A stretch of 20,000 nucleotides of DNA from Thraustochytrium aureum (taxonomy: Eukaryota): NCBI GenBank assembly GCA_012862495.1, contig BLSG01000105.1, positions 161,247 through 181,246 of the forward strand, written 5' to 3'. The notes below the pieces were generated by a model, which was not told where the DNA came from, did no database searches, and was given only the letters and a program-made list of their open reading frames with translations. Position numbers and translations under genes: made by a program. Positions 10,533 through 19,989 of the stretch are shown here, piece by piece. Position 1 is the first letter of the stretch. Every line of letters begins with the position of its first letter.

Positions 10533-11005
10533 TCCAACACTTGCACTTCCGCCGCTCACCAAATGCGTTCCGCAATGGTTGGCCGCTTCAAACGAACAAA
10601 AGATCCCTTCCTCCATCCCCGCAAAAGGAGAGGAACGAGCGCGCAAATCGTTTGAGAGGAACGCGCGGCAGTGCACACCTCGGCGCTGCGCTCCGAAACG
10701 GAATGGGTCGGAACGCGCCCGCCAGAGGTGTGTACCGGCAGGCAGAATGAGAGAGCAGCAGGGCTCAGTTCGGGATTGGGGCGAGTCAATGCGCGTGCCT
10801 CTCGAGGCGCTGGCGCTGTGCTTGGGCGAGACGCAGCGACGTGCGCGCTCTGTGTCTGCCTGGCCGTCAGGCTGCCTGCCTGGACTGGGGGCTTGACACC
10901 GCTCCGAACCGAGCGGCCTGCCCGATTCGCAAGCGCTCAATCAATCAATAGGTATACCTTCTTCTCCAACTTGGAGGTTCCACGCCTTGGCTGGCGAGTC
11001 CTTCG

Positions 11006-11878
11006 ATGATGGCTGCGTCGGGGGCAGCCCCCGCAGGCGCGGCTGCTGCAGCGGACGAGACTGCGCTCGATCTTTTTCAGCATGGGATCAGCACAACTGC
11101 TCGCTTGGCGACTTGGGGCGTCCCAGCTTTGGACGCCGCGAGACAACTGAGGCGGGGCGAGACCGTCAAGCTGCCCGACCGCGGGTCTGCACCAGCTGGT
11201 AGGGACGTGGTCGAGCTCGCAGGGCGGAGCGGCTCGGGCAAAACGCAGCTCGCCGCACACGCGGCCGTGACCTGCGTGCTGCCGGAGCAGCTGGGCGGGT
11301 CGGGCGGGTCGGTCCTTTACTTTGATTCTGAGTGGCGCCTTGATGCCAAGCGCGTCGTCGAGATGCTGCTGACGCGCATCGAGGCGGCCATTGACCAGGG
11401 CCTGGCCACTGAAGAGAGTGGCAGGGACCTCGCCCTCGGTTGCCTCAAGCGCATCATTGTGTTCCGGTGCGCGAGCAGTCTGGAAGTACTGAGCACGCTG
11501 CACTCTTTCACAGACGCGTTTCTCAAGCGGGAAAATGTCAAGCTGGTCGTCTTTGACTCGATCAGCAGCTTCTACTGGGCAGACCTCGAGACGGAGGAGG
11601 TTGGCGCGGGCTTCCACGTCTCGGTCCCGGCCGCCATCCGCGAGCTCATACGGCGGTATCCGGTCAGCGTTCTGGCGACGCGCGCGGCGCTGTTCCAGCC
11701 CACCCCGCGCGACCCTTGCCCAGAGTACCTTTCACAGACCTGGCGCAACTTGGTGTCCTTGCGGCTGCACGCAGAGGCGGCCGCAGGTGGCGCGCTCTTC
11801 AAGGTGAGCGACTTGGACCGGGGCGGAGCGCTGTTCGAGTTCTCGGTGAGCGCTGGCGGTCTTGTACCGTGCGAGTAG
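11006..11878 (+). CDS. XRCC2: DNA repair protein XRCC2 (RAD51 paralog)
   Basis: N-terminal ETALDLF; Walker A VVELAGRSGSGKT; CVLPEQLGG..VLYFDSEWRLD; CLKRIIVFRCASSLEVLSTL; Walker B LVVFDSISSFYWAD (XRCC2-typical DS.S.FYW.D); no RAD51 N-terminal helical domain; 290 aa. Confidence 0.88.
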   Translation: MMAASGAAPAGAAAAADETALDLFQHGISTTARLATWGVPALDAARQLRRGETVKLPDRGSAPAGRDVVELAGRSGSGKTQLAAHAAVTCVLPEQLGGSGGSVLYFDSEWRLDAKRVVEMLLTRIEAAIDQGLATEESGRDLALGCLKRIIVFRCASSLEVLSTLHSFTDAFLKRENVKLVVFDSISSFYWADLETEEVGAGFHVSVPAAIRELIRRYPVSVLATRAALFQPTPRDPCPEYLSQTWRNLVSLRLHAEAAAGGALFKVSDLDRGGALFEFSVSAGGLVPCE

Positions 11879-12379
11879 CGGGGGATTCGCATTGCGCGAC
11901 GAGTTGCAAGTCCTCTGCTGCAAGGTGTTGGCCTCGCCCGGCGCCGAGGCGACCAAGCTGATTTTTTAACTTTCCTTGCCGGCAGAGTGACCTCCTAAAT
12001 TGAAAAGAAAACTGCTGCTGGCTCCGCCTGACCTAAAAAGGTTCGGCGGCGCCGTTTCGTTCATCAGGTCGCGCTTCTAGCGCTAGAACAACTTATAAAC
12101 TTGCTCGAGTAGGTACTCTCGAAGTGGGCATCACGAATTGATCGAGACACCGCCGCACTGTGACGATCGACCGGCATTGGTTGGCTCACCAAGCGGACGC
12201 GCCTGATTCGAGTGATGTCCAACACGGACGGAACCCTCATTTTGGTGGGCCACCGCCGCACCGAAGGTCCCAACTATGCCCACTTCTTTCTCTCACGCAG
12301 CGCCGTGCCGCTCGCTGCTCCTCTTCATCCATCGATGGCTTCCGCAGTCGACAACGACAGCTGGAACAAGCACTCGGAG

Positions 12380-13155
12380 CTACGGGAACGGCGCCTGAAT
12401 TGCGCCTGCATTGCGGACAACGCGCACAAGCGCGGGGACGGGCGGCAGNNNNNNNNNNNNNNNNNNNNNNNNNNNNNNNNNNNNNNNNNNNNNNNNNNNN
12501 NNNNNNNNNNNNNNNNNNNNNNNNNNNNNNNNNNNNNNNNNNNNNNNNNNNNNNNNNNNNNNNNNNNNNNNNNNNNNNNNNNNNNNNNNNNNNNNNNNNN
12601 NNNNNNNNNNNNNNNNNNNNNNNNNNNNNNNNNNNNNNNNNNNNNNNNNNNNNNNNNNNNNNNNNNNNNNNNNNNNNNNNNNNNNNNNNNNNNNNNNNNN
12701 NNNNNNNNNNNNNNNNNNNNNNNNNNNNNNNNNNNNNNNNNNNNNNNNNNNNNNNNNNNNNNNNNNNNNNNNNNNNNNNNNNNNNNNNNNNNNNNNNNNN
12801 NNNNNNNNNNNNNNNNNNNNNNNNNNNNNNNNNNNNNNNNNNNNNNNNNNNNNNNNCGGGACACTTTGCGCCATCGGCCGCTGCTCGGCTCAACTTGGAC
12901 TGGTCGGTTCGGACACGCGACTGCCCCACGCGTTTCGCCGCAGTCTGCGACGTACTCTGCGGTGTGTGCAAAGCGCGAGATCACTGAGCCGCCGGCTTGC
13001 CGGACGGCCGCAGCATGGGACGCTCGCTCCTCGAGGGCGCGTGCCCATCGCCCAGCTGCAAACGGAGCTCCGCTTGGCACGGCGTGCAGTGCGACTACCG
13101 CTTTCGGCTTGGTTTCGGCAGCGAGTCCACGTGGACTGGCCTCCAACCGGTACAC
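12380..13155 (-). CDS. Possible uncharacterised coding exon spanning the third gap
   Basis: About 100 open codons from 13155 to the gap, preceded by an acceptor-like cgcag|gtg; a plausible C-terminus after the gap (LPPVPALVRVVRNAGAIQAPFP-stop at 12380). Weak codon bias, no recognisable motif. Confidence 0.2.
12449..12856. other. Assembly gap (408 N)
   Basis: Run of N. Confidence 0.99.
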
Positions 13156-13432
13156 CTGCGAGCTCGTAGGTGGGTGGCCCAGTCGACCAAGACCAGTCCA
13201 TTCCTCGCTCAGCGCCGATCGACGCGGAAGATCGAGTAGGGGTGTAGTACGTGCTCAGCAGAGTAGAGCAGAGGAGTACCGGTACATACTCCTCTTTCCT
13301 CTTCTCTGCTGCTCAGGCTGGCAGGTTGTGCAGATTTCAGACCGGCGAGACTGACATGTGAGCTGTCCTGACTCTGAGTGCCGTTCGCCGGACACCTTCA
13401 CAAGCTCCTCCACCACCGTCTGTGACGTCCTT

Positions 13433-13456
13433 GCCTGCCTGCCTGCCTGCCTGCCT
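13433..13456. repeat. (GCCT)6 microsatellite
   Basis: gcctgcctgcctgcctgcctgcct. Confidence 0.9.
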
Positions 13457-14189
13457 CTGCCAGCCTGCCAGTGGCGGTGTGCACGGCCGAACTGCACCGT
13501 GGAGCAGAGGGAGTTCTGGCGGCGGAGAAGCAGCAACGTGCACACGCTGGATGGAATCATTGGAATGTGCGAATTCCTTGCCACCATCATCATTTGGCTC
13601 TTTGGCTCATGTTCCTTGCGACACCGCGTTGGACTCGCTCGCAGGCCAGCAGCGGCAGCCGATTGCCGAGCCATCCACCGACCGATCGAGTGCTTGCTCC
13701 AGTGGCTGGCGGAGAGGGATCTTGGCAAGCCGTTCTATTCGAAGAGAGCCACCTCAGGCTCAGGCCCGGGCTCGTGATCGTAACTCGCTCGCTCGAGGCG
13801 CATGCAGGCGAGATCCCTCGCGTCAAGAGTCGCCCGGTTGCTGATGAAACAACACAGCTGCAGTTGCGTGAGGGAAGTGGACTGGCACGAGGCTCCCACG
13901 AGTGTTCTTGGGCACCTGCACAGACTCGGGAGAGGCTCGAGCGTGATGAGCTTTGGCAATTCTCGGGTGTGAGCAAGGAGTGTTCTTGATCCGCCAGAGA
14001 GCGGCAGCGGCGGCCGCTGGTGTCGCAATGTGAGTTCTTCGCAGCTTTTCCAACGACAGACCACCTCCGTTGTGCATTGCACCAGATCAGCAAACACCGA
14101 TCTGCAGTTTGGTCAGAGCCGCTGCGTGTCCCGCTCTACCAGTCAGTCGTTGAGGACTACGCACGCACGCGCGCGCGCCCGAGGCAAGG

Positions 14190-15438
14190 ATGAGCGACCC
14201 GATCGTGCCGTGCACGGAGGACGACGAATGCGGAATCGCGCGGATCTGCATCTCGGCCAACGCGTCGTGGAACGAGAACGGGTTCGACTATTGTGATTGC
14301 AACACGTGGTACGGCTGGACGGGCCCGGACTGCATGGGCTTCACTAGCACGTCCTACTTTGCAATGGCCTACACCAGTGCGCAGCTCCTGGTGATCCTGT
14401 TCTTTCTCAAGCTGCTTTTACCCGACGTGTTCAAGCTGCTGCGCGTGTTCGGACGTGAGCTCAAGCTCAGCGCGAGCGTATCAACGCTTTTCATGGTCGC
14501 ATTTACCTTCACGCTGCTCTTCGTTTGGCGCCTNNNNNNNNNNNNNNNNNNNNNNNNNNNNNNNNNNNNNNNNNNNNNNNNCAGGCCGACGACCGGGTCA
14601 TCCAAGCTGGCGACACGCCGCACGGGCTGACCTTCTCGTCGTGACGCGACCGGTCGTCGTGCTGACGCAAATCTTCAGCTTCACGGCTGCGCTCACCGTT
14701 TCGGTGATCTGGGTCGAGGTCGCCCAGGCCAGTCGTTCCATGAGCACCAAGCTCGTCGAGAATGTCACGCGCTACAAGAGGGTGGTGCTCGCCATTGAGG
14801 TGCTCTTTGGGCTCATCATGATCACCTGCGCCGCGCTGGGCCGCTTCGACATGAGCTCGGTGGTTTCCATGCCGTTCCTCATACTCCTACTAGTCTGCTA
14901 CGCGATCGGCCGCTGGCGCATGAGCAAGCTACTGCGCGAGGCTCTCTCGCAGCACAGCGGGAGCGACTCGGGGCCAAGCTCTGGACCGCAGAGCAGCGGA
15001 GACGGCGGCTCGTTCTTTGGAACCGGCAAGGCCAAGCCCAAAGTTGTCAAGGACATGGCGCACCGGACGAGGCGTGCGCTTCGCGCGATCAACCGCACGG
15101 CGGGCCACGTCATGATCGCGCTGTTTCTCCTCATTGTGTCAGGCGTTCTCTACTATGGGGTAAACGCGCTTCCTGCCGCGGGTTGGCAGGAGTACGCCCC
15201 GAAGGACCGCTTCTCGCTGGCCGTGGCGGTCGCCAGCTTTGTGCCCTGGTCGATGATCTACATCAACGGGGCGGTGGCCGTCTATTCGCACCGCAACATT
15301 TCCAAGCTCATTCGCAAGCGCACTGGCGTTGCAGACACCAGCGGCGCGGGCTCCGTGTCCAATATGCTCAGCTCGTCAATGCCGGATCAGTTCGAGTCGT
15401 TCAACCCGACGGCGACCGAAGTTGACAGCACAGTGTAG
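14190..15438 (+). CDS. Orphan 7-transmembrane receptor-like protein with N-terminal EGF-like Cys-rich domain
   Basis: N-terminal CTEDDECGIARIC...YCDCNTWYGWTGPDC (EGF-like CxC-x5-G-x-x-G-x-x-C). Seven hydrophobic segments: AQLLVILFFLKLLL; TLFMVAFTFTLLFVW; VVVLTQIFSFTAALTVSVIW; VVLAIEVLFGLIMITCAAL; VVSMPFLILLLVCYAIG; VMIALFLLIVSGVLYYGV; LAVAVASFVPWSMIYINGAVAVY. Ser/Gly-rich then basic loop between TM5 and TM6; Ser/Thr-rich tail. Joins ORFs 14190..14630 and 14455..15438 across a 48-N gap. Confidence 0.8.
14534..14581. other. Assembly gap (48 N) within the 7TM gene
   Basis: Run of N. Confidence 0.99.
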
Positions 15439-15901
15439 ACCTACCTGGCTTGACTGTGATCACTTTGGTGTGCCGGGTGTCAACGTGTCTCCTAGTTCTT
15501 GACTCTCTGTCTGCCTGCATACTCTACGATAGATCGATCCTGCCTGCCTGCGCGCCGTAGCCTTTAAAAATCAGTCAATTTCGTTTCGATGGCGCCTTTG
15601 CGACCCCAGGCTCGGTTCGATTCTACGCGCTGCTGCCAGCGGTGCTGCGGAAGAGGAGAATCGAGGCGTTTGTATCTAGATGCTGCGCCTTTGGCGAGGT
15701 CGACAGCGAGCACAGCCGGCAGTCCGCGCGACGAAGCGGACCCGGAGCAGGCTTGCTTGGTCAGGAAGTCAACCCAGGAACGCCATGGAGTGTCAAGACC
15801 GATCTTGTCTGACTCTTGTCTCAAGAAACCAACTGTCCATTCATCTGCAATACATCTACATATAACCAACGCCAGAAGCGCTCCCGACGACAGGGCTCTC
15901 G

Positions 15902-18273
15902 CTACAGGCAGAAGAGTAGGTCCTCCATTTCTTCCCTGGAAGACCCCGAGTTGGTCGCGCTCCCCCCGGATGACGAGGCCGTGGACGAGGCCGCCGAGCT
16001 CGCCGAGTTGCCCGTTCCCAAGGACCCCTGAGAACCATTCACAGACCCATTCGAGGTCACGTTCTGCTTGCCGTACTTGGCTCGCTTTGCGCTGAGCTCA
16101 ACCTTTGCGACAGCTTGCATCTCAATGTGTTCGCGCTCCTCGCGCTGCAAAACGAGGTGCGGGTACCCAGGAGAAAGGCGATCGGCAGCATGCAGGCGGA
16201 ACAACTCGGGAAAGGCAACCGATAGAACCGACCGAAACCTGGGCGCCTCCGCAATCGTGGAAAGGTACTCGGCAACGCGAGGAAAGCCGCGGTCTGCCAG
16301 CGGCAACTTGACCCCAAACGACAAGGCGTCCATTACAAACCGAAGCTGCGAAAACACCAAAATGTCGGCAAGACCCAACGCGCTTCCGCACAGGTACGGG
16401 CCGCGGGAGCTTTCCATGACGCCCTCAAGGGCCTGCAGGAGACCTTCGAAACGTGCAAGCACGCAGAGGCTGTCGCGCTCCTTGTTGGACCGCGTTGCCA
16501 TCGTATCGAGACGCATGCGCGCGAGCGCGTCCTTCTCATTGCGTTCGATCAATGGCGTCAACTTGATCAGCTCGTTGCCGTAAAACTTGGCGTTAAAGTA
16601 GATCAGGAACGGCTCCGCGAAGCGCGGGATCGACACCTCAAACGACTGCCGCGCCTCAATCATGGCCAGCCAATTGGCGACGAGCGGGAAACCCTCGTCG
16701 GCCAGCTTGAAGCCGTGAAACCACGCGCAGCTGACTTTAACAACTCTCCACACCGAGACCACCATCGCAATCTCGTCGATCGAAGGGCCGTCTGCGCTGC
16801 CGCTCAGAAACCCGCTCGCGCTGTTCGCCAGGCGCTCCTCTAGCACGCCGAGTAGCAACTTCATCTTCGCGAGCTTGTTAGCGCGCTCCGAATCCGCTTT
16901 GTCCGCGTGAAGGTAGGCCTCCAGCACAGCGTCTGCCGCGTTGAAGAGCGCCATACCCTGCTTGCCCGACAGCTCTTCGAGACCCGCCTGCTCGATGCGC
17001 AGCGGAGCCTGCATTCGAGGCGAGCCTACTTGGCTCGGGAATAACGAAGTCAAGAGCTCCAGAATAACTGACGACTCGCTGTGCCAAACCCCGTTCCAGT
17101 ACAAGTTGGGCGCCTTGCCGTTCGAGGCAGACTTGAACCACTCTGGTTTGCGCAGGAGGTCGATCTTGACGACCTGGTGCGGCACGCCAGCCTCGGCAGC
17201 GACCATCTCTACGACACGCGAATAGGGACACACTTTGACGAGCGAGTCGCCCCGCCTCACGCACCCAACCGCGAGGTAGGCCTTGTTCATCTCCAAGGCA
17301 GGCCCACTCAGAACGCCCTCGGCCACAAGCGAGCCGTCTTCTTGGATCTCGACCGAGTCCTTGCCATACTCCGCGAAAACCTTCCGCACGGCCCGGGCCT
17401 CGGCAGCGGTGCGCTCTTCGCTCGCTGCGCACCGTGCGGGAAGCGCAGCGCCGCCGGTCCTCTCGCGAGCGAGCTGCCGAGCGACCTGAAGCACGAAAAA
17501 CGGGTGGGGCATCTGGACAAGCGTGGTCGCGCGAAACGCCGCCGTGCAGCTGATGCCTTTGATGTAGGCGTCGAGGCGGGGAAACCCGCGGTGCTTGAGC
17601 GCGAACCCGGCCATCTCGCCCAGCACAAACTCGCCCAAGAACCGGAGCAATGGCGAGAGCACCAGGTCAGCGAGCCCTGCCTCGCTCGCTCCAGAGAGAA
17701 ACGGCGTCCTGGAGAGCGTGTCGGCGGATGGGAGCAGGTCTTCCAGCTCTTGGAGCTCTGCACGGAGGCTCGCCTCCAGCTCGCCAGAGACGGCAAGCGA
17801 CCCGGGCGCGTCGGTATCCGGCCGCAGCAGGTAGGCGTACGCCGACTCGGAGACGCGCTTGTGCTTGTCGAGGACCATGGCGACGTTCATCGATCCCGGC
17901 ATCCCTGCAATTTGAACCTGGAAAAGCTCATTCGCAATCACCTCGAGAACTGGCCAGAACCCCTTCGTCGTCGGGGCTCGCCTGCGGCCCCGGCCCGTAC
18001 AGTATGACATTATCTTCGTACGTCCGCTTTGCATCCAGCTCGTCGACGTCAACCAGCACGGCGTGGTACTGCACCCCGAGGTGCCGGAGCACCAGCTCTA
18101 CCGACTGGGCCGCCGGGCAGATGCGTACAAGTCGGTCTCCTCGGTGCCGCACGGGCACCGACAAGTACAGGTCCGCCGTGTCCGCTGGCGGCTCGCGGTC
18201 GCCCCAAAGCTGCTCGCGCTTGACCACCGCAGCGTTCGCGCACGCGACGTCTGGCAAGCGTGCTAGAGGCACG
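15902..18273 (-). CDS. Tandem glutathione-S-transferase-fold domains (DHAR/CLIC/omega-like): GST_N-GST_C-GST_N-GST_C-GST_C; probably the C-terminal part of the Kir gene; apparent frameshift near 17945-17965
   Basis: GST_N1: LVRICPAAQSVELVLRHLGVQYHAVLVDV. GST_C1: LQELEDLL...PFLSG...GLADLVLSPLL...FPRLDAYI. GST_N2: LVKVCPYSRVVEM...GVPHQVVKIDLLRKPEWF...GKAPNLYWNGVWHSESSVILELL. GST_C2: LGVLEERL...GFLSG...SIDEIAM...FPLVANWL. GST_C3: LQALEGVM...GPYLCGSALGLADILVF...FPRVAEYL. Ser/Gly-rich tail, stop at 15902. Confidence 0.88.
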
Positions 18274-18814
18274 NNNNNNNNNNNNNNNNNNNNNNNNNNN
18301 NNNNNNNNNNNNNNNNNNNNNNNNNNNNNNNNNNNNNNNNNNNNNNNNNNNNNNNNNNNNNNNNNNNNNNNNNNNNNNNNNNNNNNNNNNNNNNNNNNNN
18401 NNNNNNNNNNNNNNNNNNNNNNNNNNNNNNNNNNNNNNNNNNNNNNNNNNNNNNNNNNNNNNNNNNNNNNNNNNNNNNNNNNNNNNNNNNNNNNNNNNNN
18501 NNNNNNNNNNNNNNNNNNNNNNNNNNNNNNNNNNNNNNNNNNNNNNNNNNNNNNNNNNNNNNNNNNNNNNNNNNNNNNNNNNNNNNNNNNNNNNNNNNNN
18601 NNNNNNNNNNNNNNNNNNNNNNNNNNNNNNNNNNNNNNNNNNNNNNNNNNNNNNNNNNNNNNNNNNNNNNNNNNNNNNNNNNNNNNNNNNNNNNNNNNNN
18701 NNNNNNNNNNNNNNNNNNNNNNNNNNNNNNNNNNNNNNNNNNNNNNNNNNNNNNNNNNNNNNNNNNNNNNNNNNNNNNNNNNNNNNNNNNNNNNNNNNNN
18801 NNNNNNNNNNNNNN
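18274..18814. other. Assembly gap (541 N) between the Kir and GST regions
   Basis: Run of N. Confidence 0.99.
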
Positions 18815-19989
18815 TGTCAGTTCCCTTGTACTGCGTCGTGCAGCTCAGCTCGTCATTGTACACCGAATCGTGACCGAGGAAGGTCACGCTAAAGGCGATC
18901 CCGCCAAGCCCACTCTCTGCCCGCAAAAACGCGCGCAGCGGTGACCGCCGATCGATGCGATGGATTATCGTGGCCACGGCAGTCATGGTCGGAGGGAACT
19001 CGACAACGAGCGGCACGTACTCGACGTAGTGCTCGCCTTCGACTGTGGCGCGCCCTTTCAAGACTGCCACTGAAACGCGCGTTTCGTAGAGCAGGTTGAC
19101 ACGCCTGTTGCCCACGCGGATGAGGAGGACTGGTTGCCCGTTCCGCGTCGTAACGAGCGCCTTTTTGCTGAACACAATGTCGGGCTTGGGGATTTGGAAC
19201 TTGCTCACAACCACGCTCAGCACAATCACAGATAGCAAGAGGCCCACGTACTGCTGCAAACACGCCAGGGCGTAAACGCCGTAAGTGGTCGGCAGGCACG
19301 GCCCGTAGCCAAGCGTCAGCAGGTTGGACGTTGTAAACACGCAGGCGATGCCAAACGTGCCGGGGAGGAACGTGTCCTGGCCCACCTCGCACTCGATGCC
19401 GTCCGCGACAGCGAATGTAATCAGCGCCCAGAACAAGCACGAAACGAAGTACCACAACGTGATCAAGAAGAACACATAGCCCCAGCTCCAGTCAAGCAAG
19501 CTGTAGTACCAATTTTTAGCCTCGTACCAGCGGCTCACGCCGGTGCCGTGGAGCGTCGCTTTTTTTCTTTCGCTGCCCGGCGACGATCTCGTCTGGCCGA
19601 CCTCTTCGCTGCTTGTAGCTGTGCCGGTTCTTGCTCTCCACCCGGGCGCGCCGGAGTCGCCGCCACTCGCCCAGCCCAACGCCAAGGGCTCGCCCAACTG
19701 CAGAGGACCGTCTGCGCTGCCGCAGTCCCGGCCTCACGTGCCCTCCCAACGAGCTGCGCAAGGCGTCGTCGTCGCCTTCCTCACCTGACTCTTGCCCTTC
19801 GTCACCATCCCCTTCTGCCCCTTCCTCGTCGCTCAGGCTCGCCGATTTCGCTGCGCCGTCCCTGGCGTCCCGTGCGGCGTCGTGCGAAGAAGCGCGTTTG
19901 CCCGCCGACGAAGCGCGGCGCCTCTCGCGTCCGTCAGACGCCTCGTCCGGGGCTTGCAGGCAGATGCGTCCAGGGTCTTCTTCAATCAT
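18815..19989 (-). CDS. Inward-rectifier potassium channel (Kir/IRK family) domain with acidic low-complexity N-terminus; apparent frameshift at the T7 run 19560-19566; may start upstream of the window
   Basis: Slide helix/M1 NWYYSLLDWSWGYVFFLITLWYFVSCLFWALITF; filter TLGYG (19302-19316); M2 LQQYVGLLLSVIVLSVVVSKFQIPK; cytoplasmic Ig-like domain IVFSKKALVTTRNGQPVLLIRVGNRR, EGE, TIIHRIDRRSPL, VTFLGHD...TTQY. No stop before the gap. Confidence 0.93.

Larger units (their letters stand above)
10113..11005. promoter_or_regulatory. Divergent (head-to-head) intergenic region between TSR1 and XRCC2; putative bidirectional promoter
   Basis: Start codons at 10112 (-) and 11006 (+) face away from each other, 893 bp apart; the region is repeat-rich with no credible ORF. 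Confidence 0.55.

Noticed and set aside
8146..10896. Plus-strand ORFs opposite TSR1 and through the repeats (8146..9138, 9219..10655, 9811..10896)
   Set aside because: Antisense shadows of TSR1 plus translated microsatellite (CSALL/AEQSR).
12075..12088. 14-bp perfect palindrome TTCTAGCGCTAGAA
   Set aside because: Single occurrence with no supporting context; compatible with chance.
13160..14180. Several 100-170 aa ORFs on both strands upstream of the 7TM gene
   Set aside because: No codon bias or motifs; they cross the (GCCT)n microsatellite; likely intergenic or UTR.
3591..18892. ORF-track entries consisting largely of X
   Set aside because: Artefacts of reading through N-gaps.
4740..19575. 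Systematic programmed ribosomal frameshifting across four sites
   Set aside because: Directions differ (-1, -1, +1, +1), there is no shared slippery motif, each is fixed by changing a run length by one base, and the assembly is gappy. Sequencing error is more parsimonious.
1948..19989. Functional 'excitability cluster' of Cav/Nav channel, 7TM receptor and Kir
   Set aside because: Mixed orientations, interleaved housekeeping genes and a eukaryotic genome; proximity alone is not evidence.
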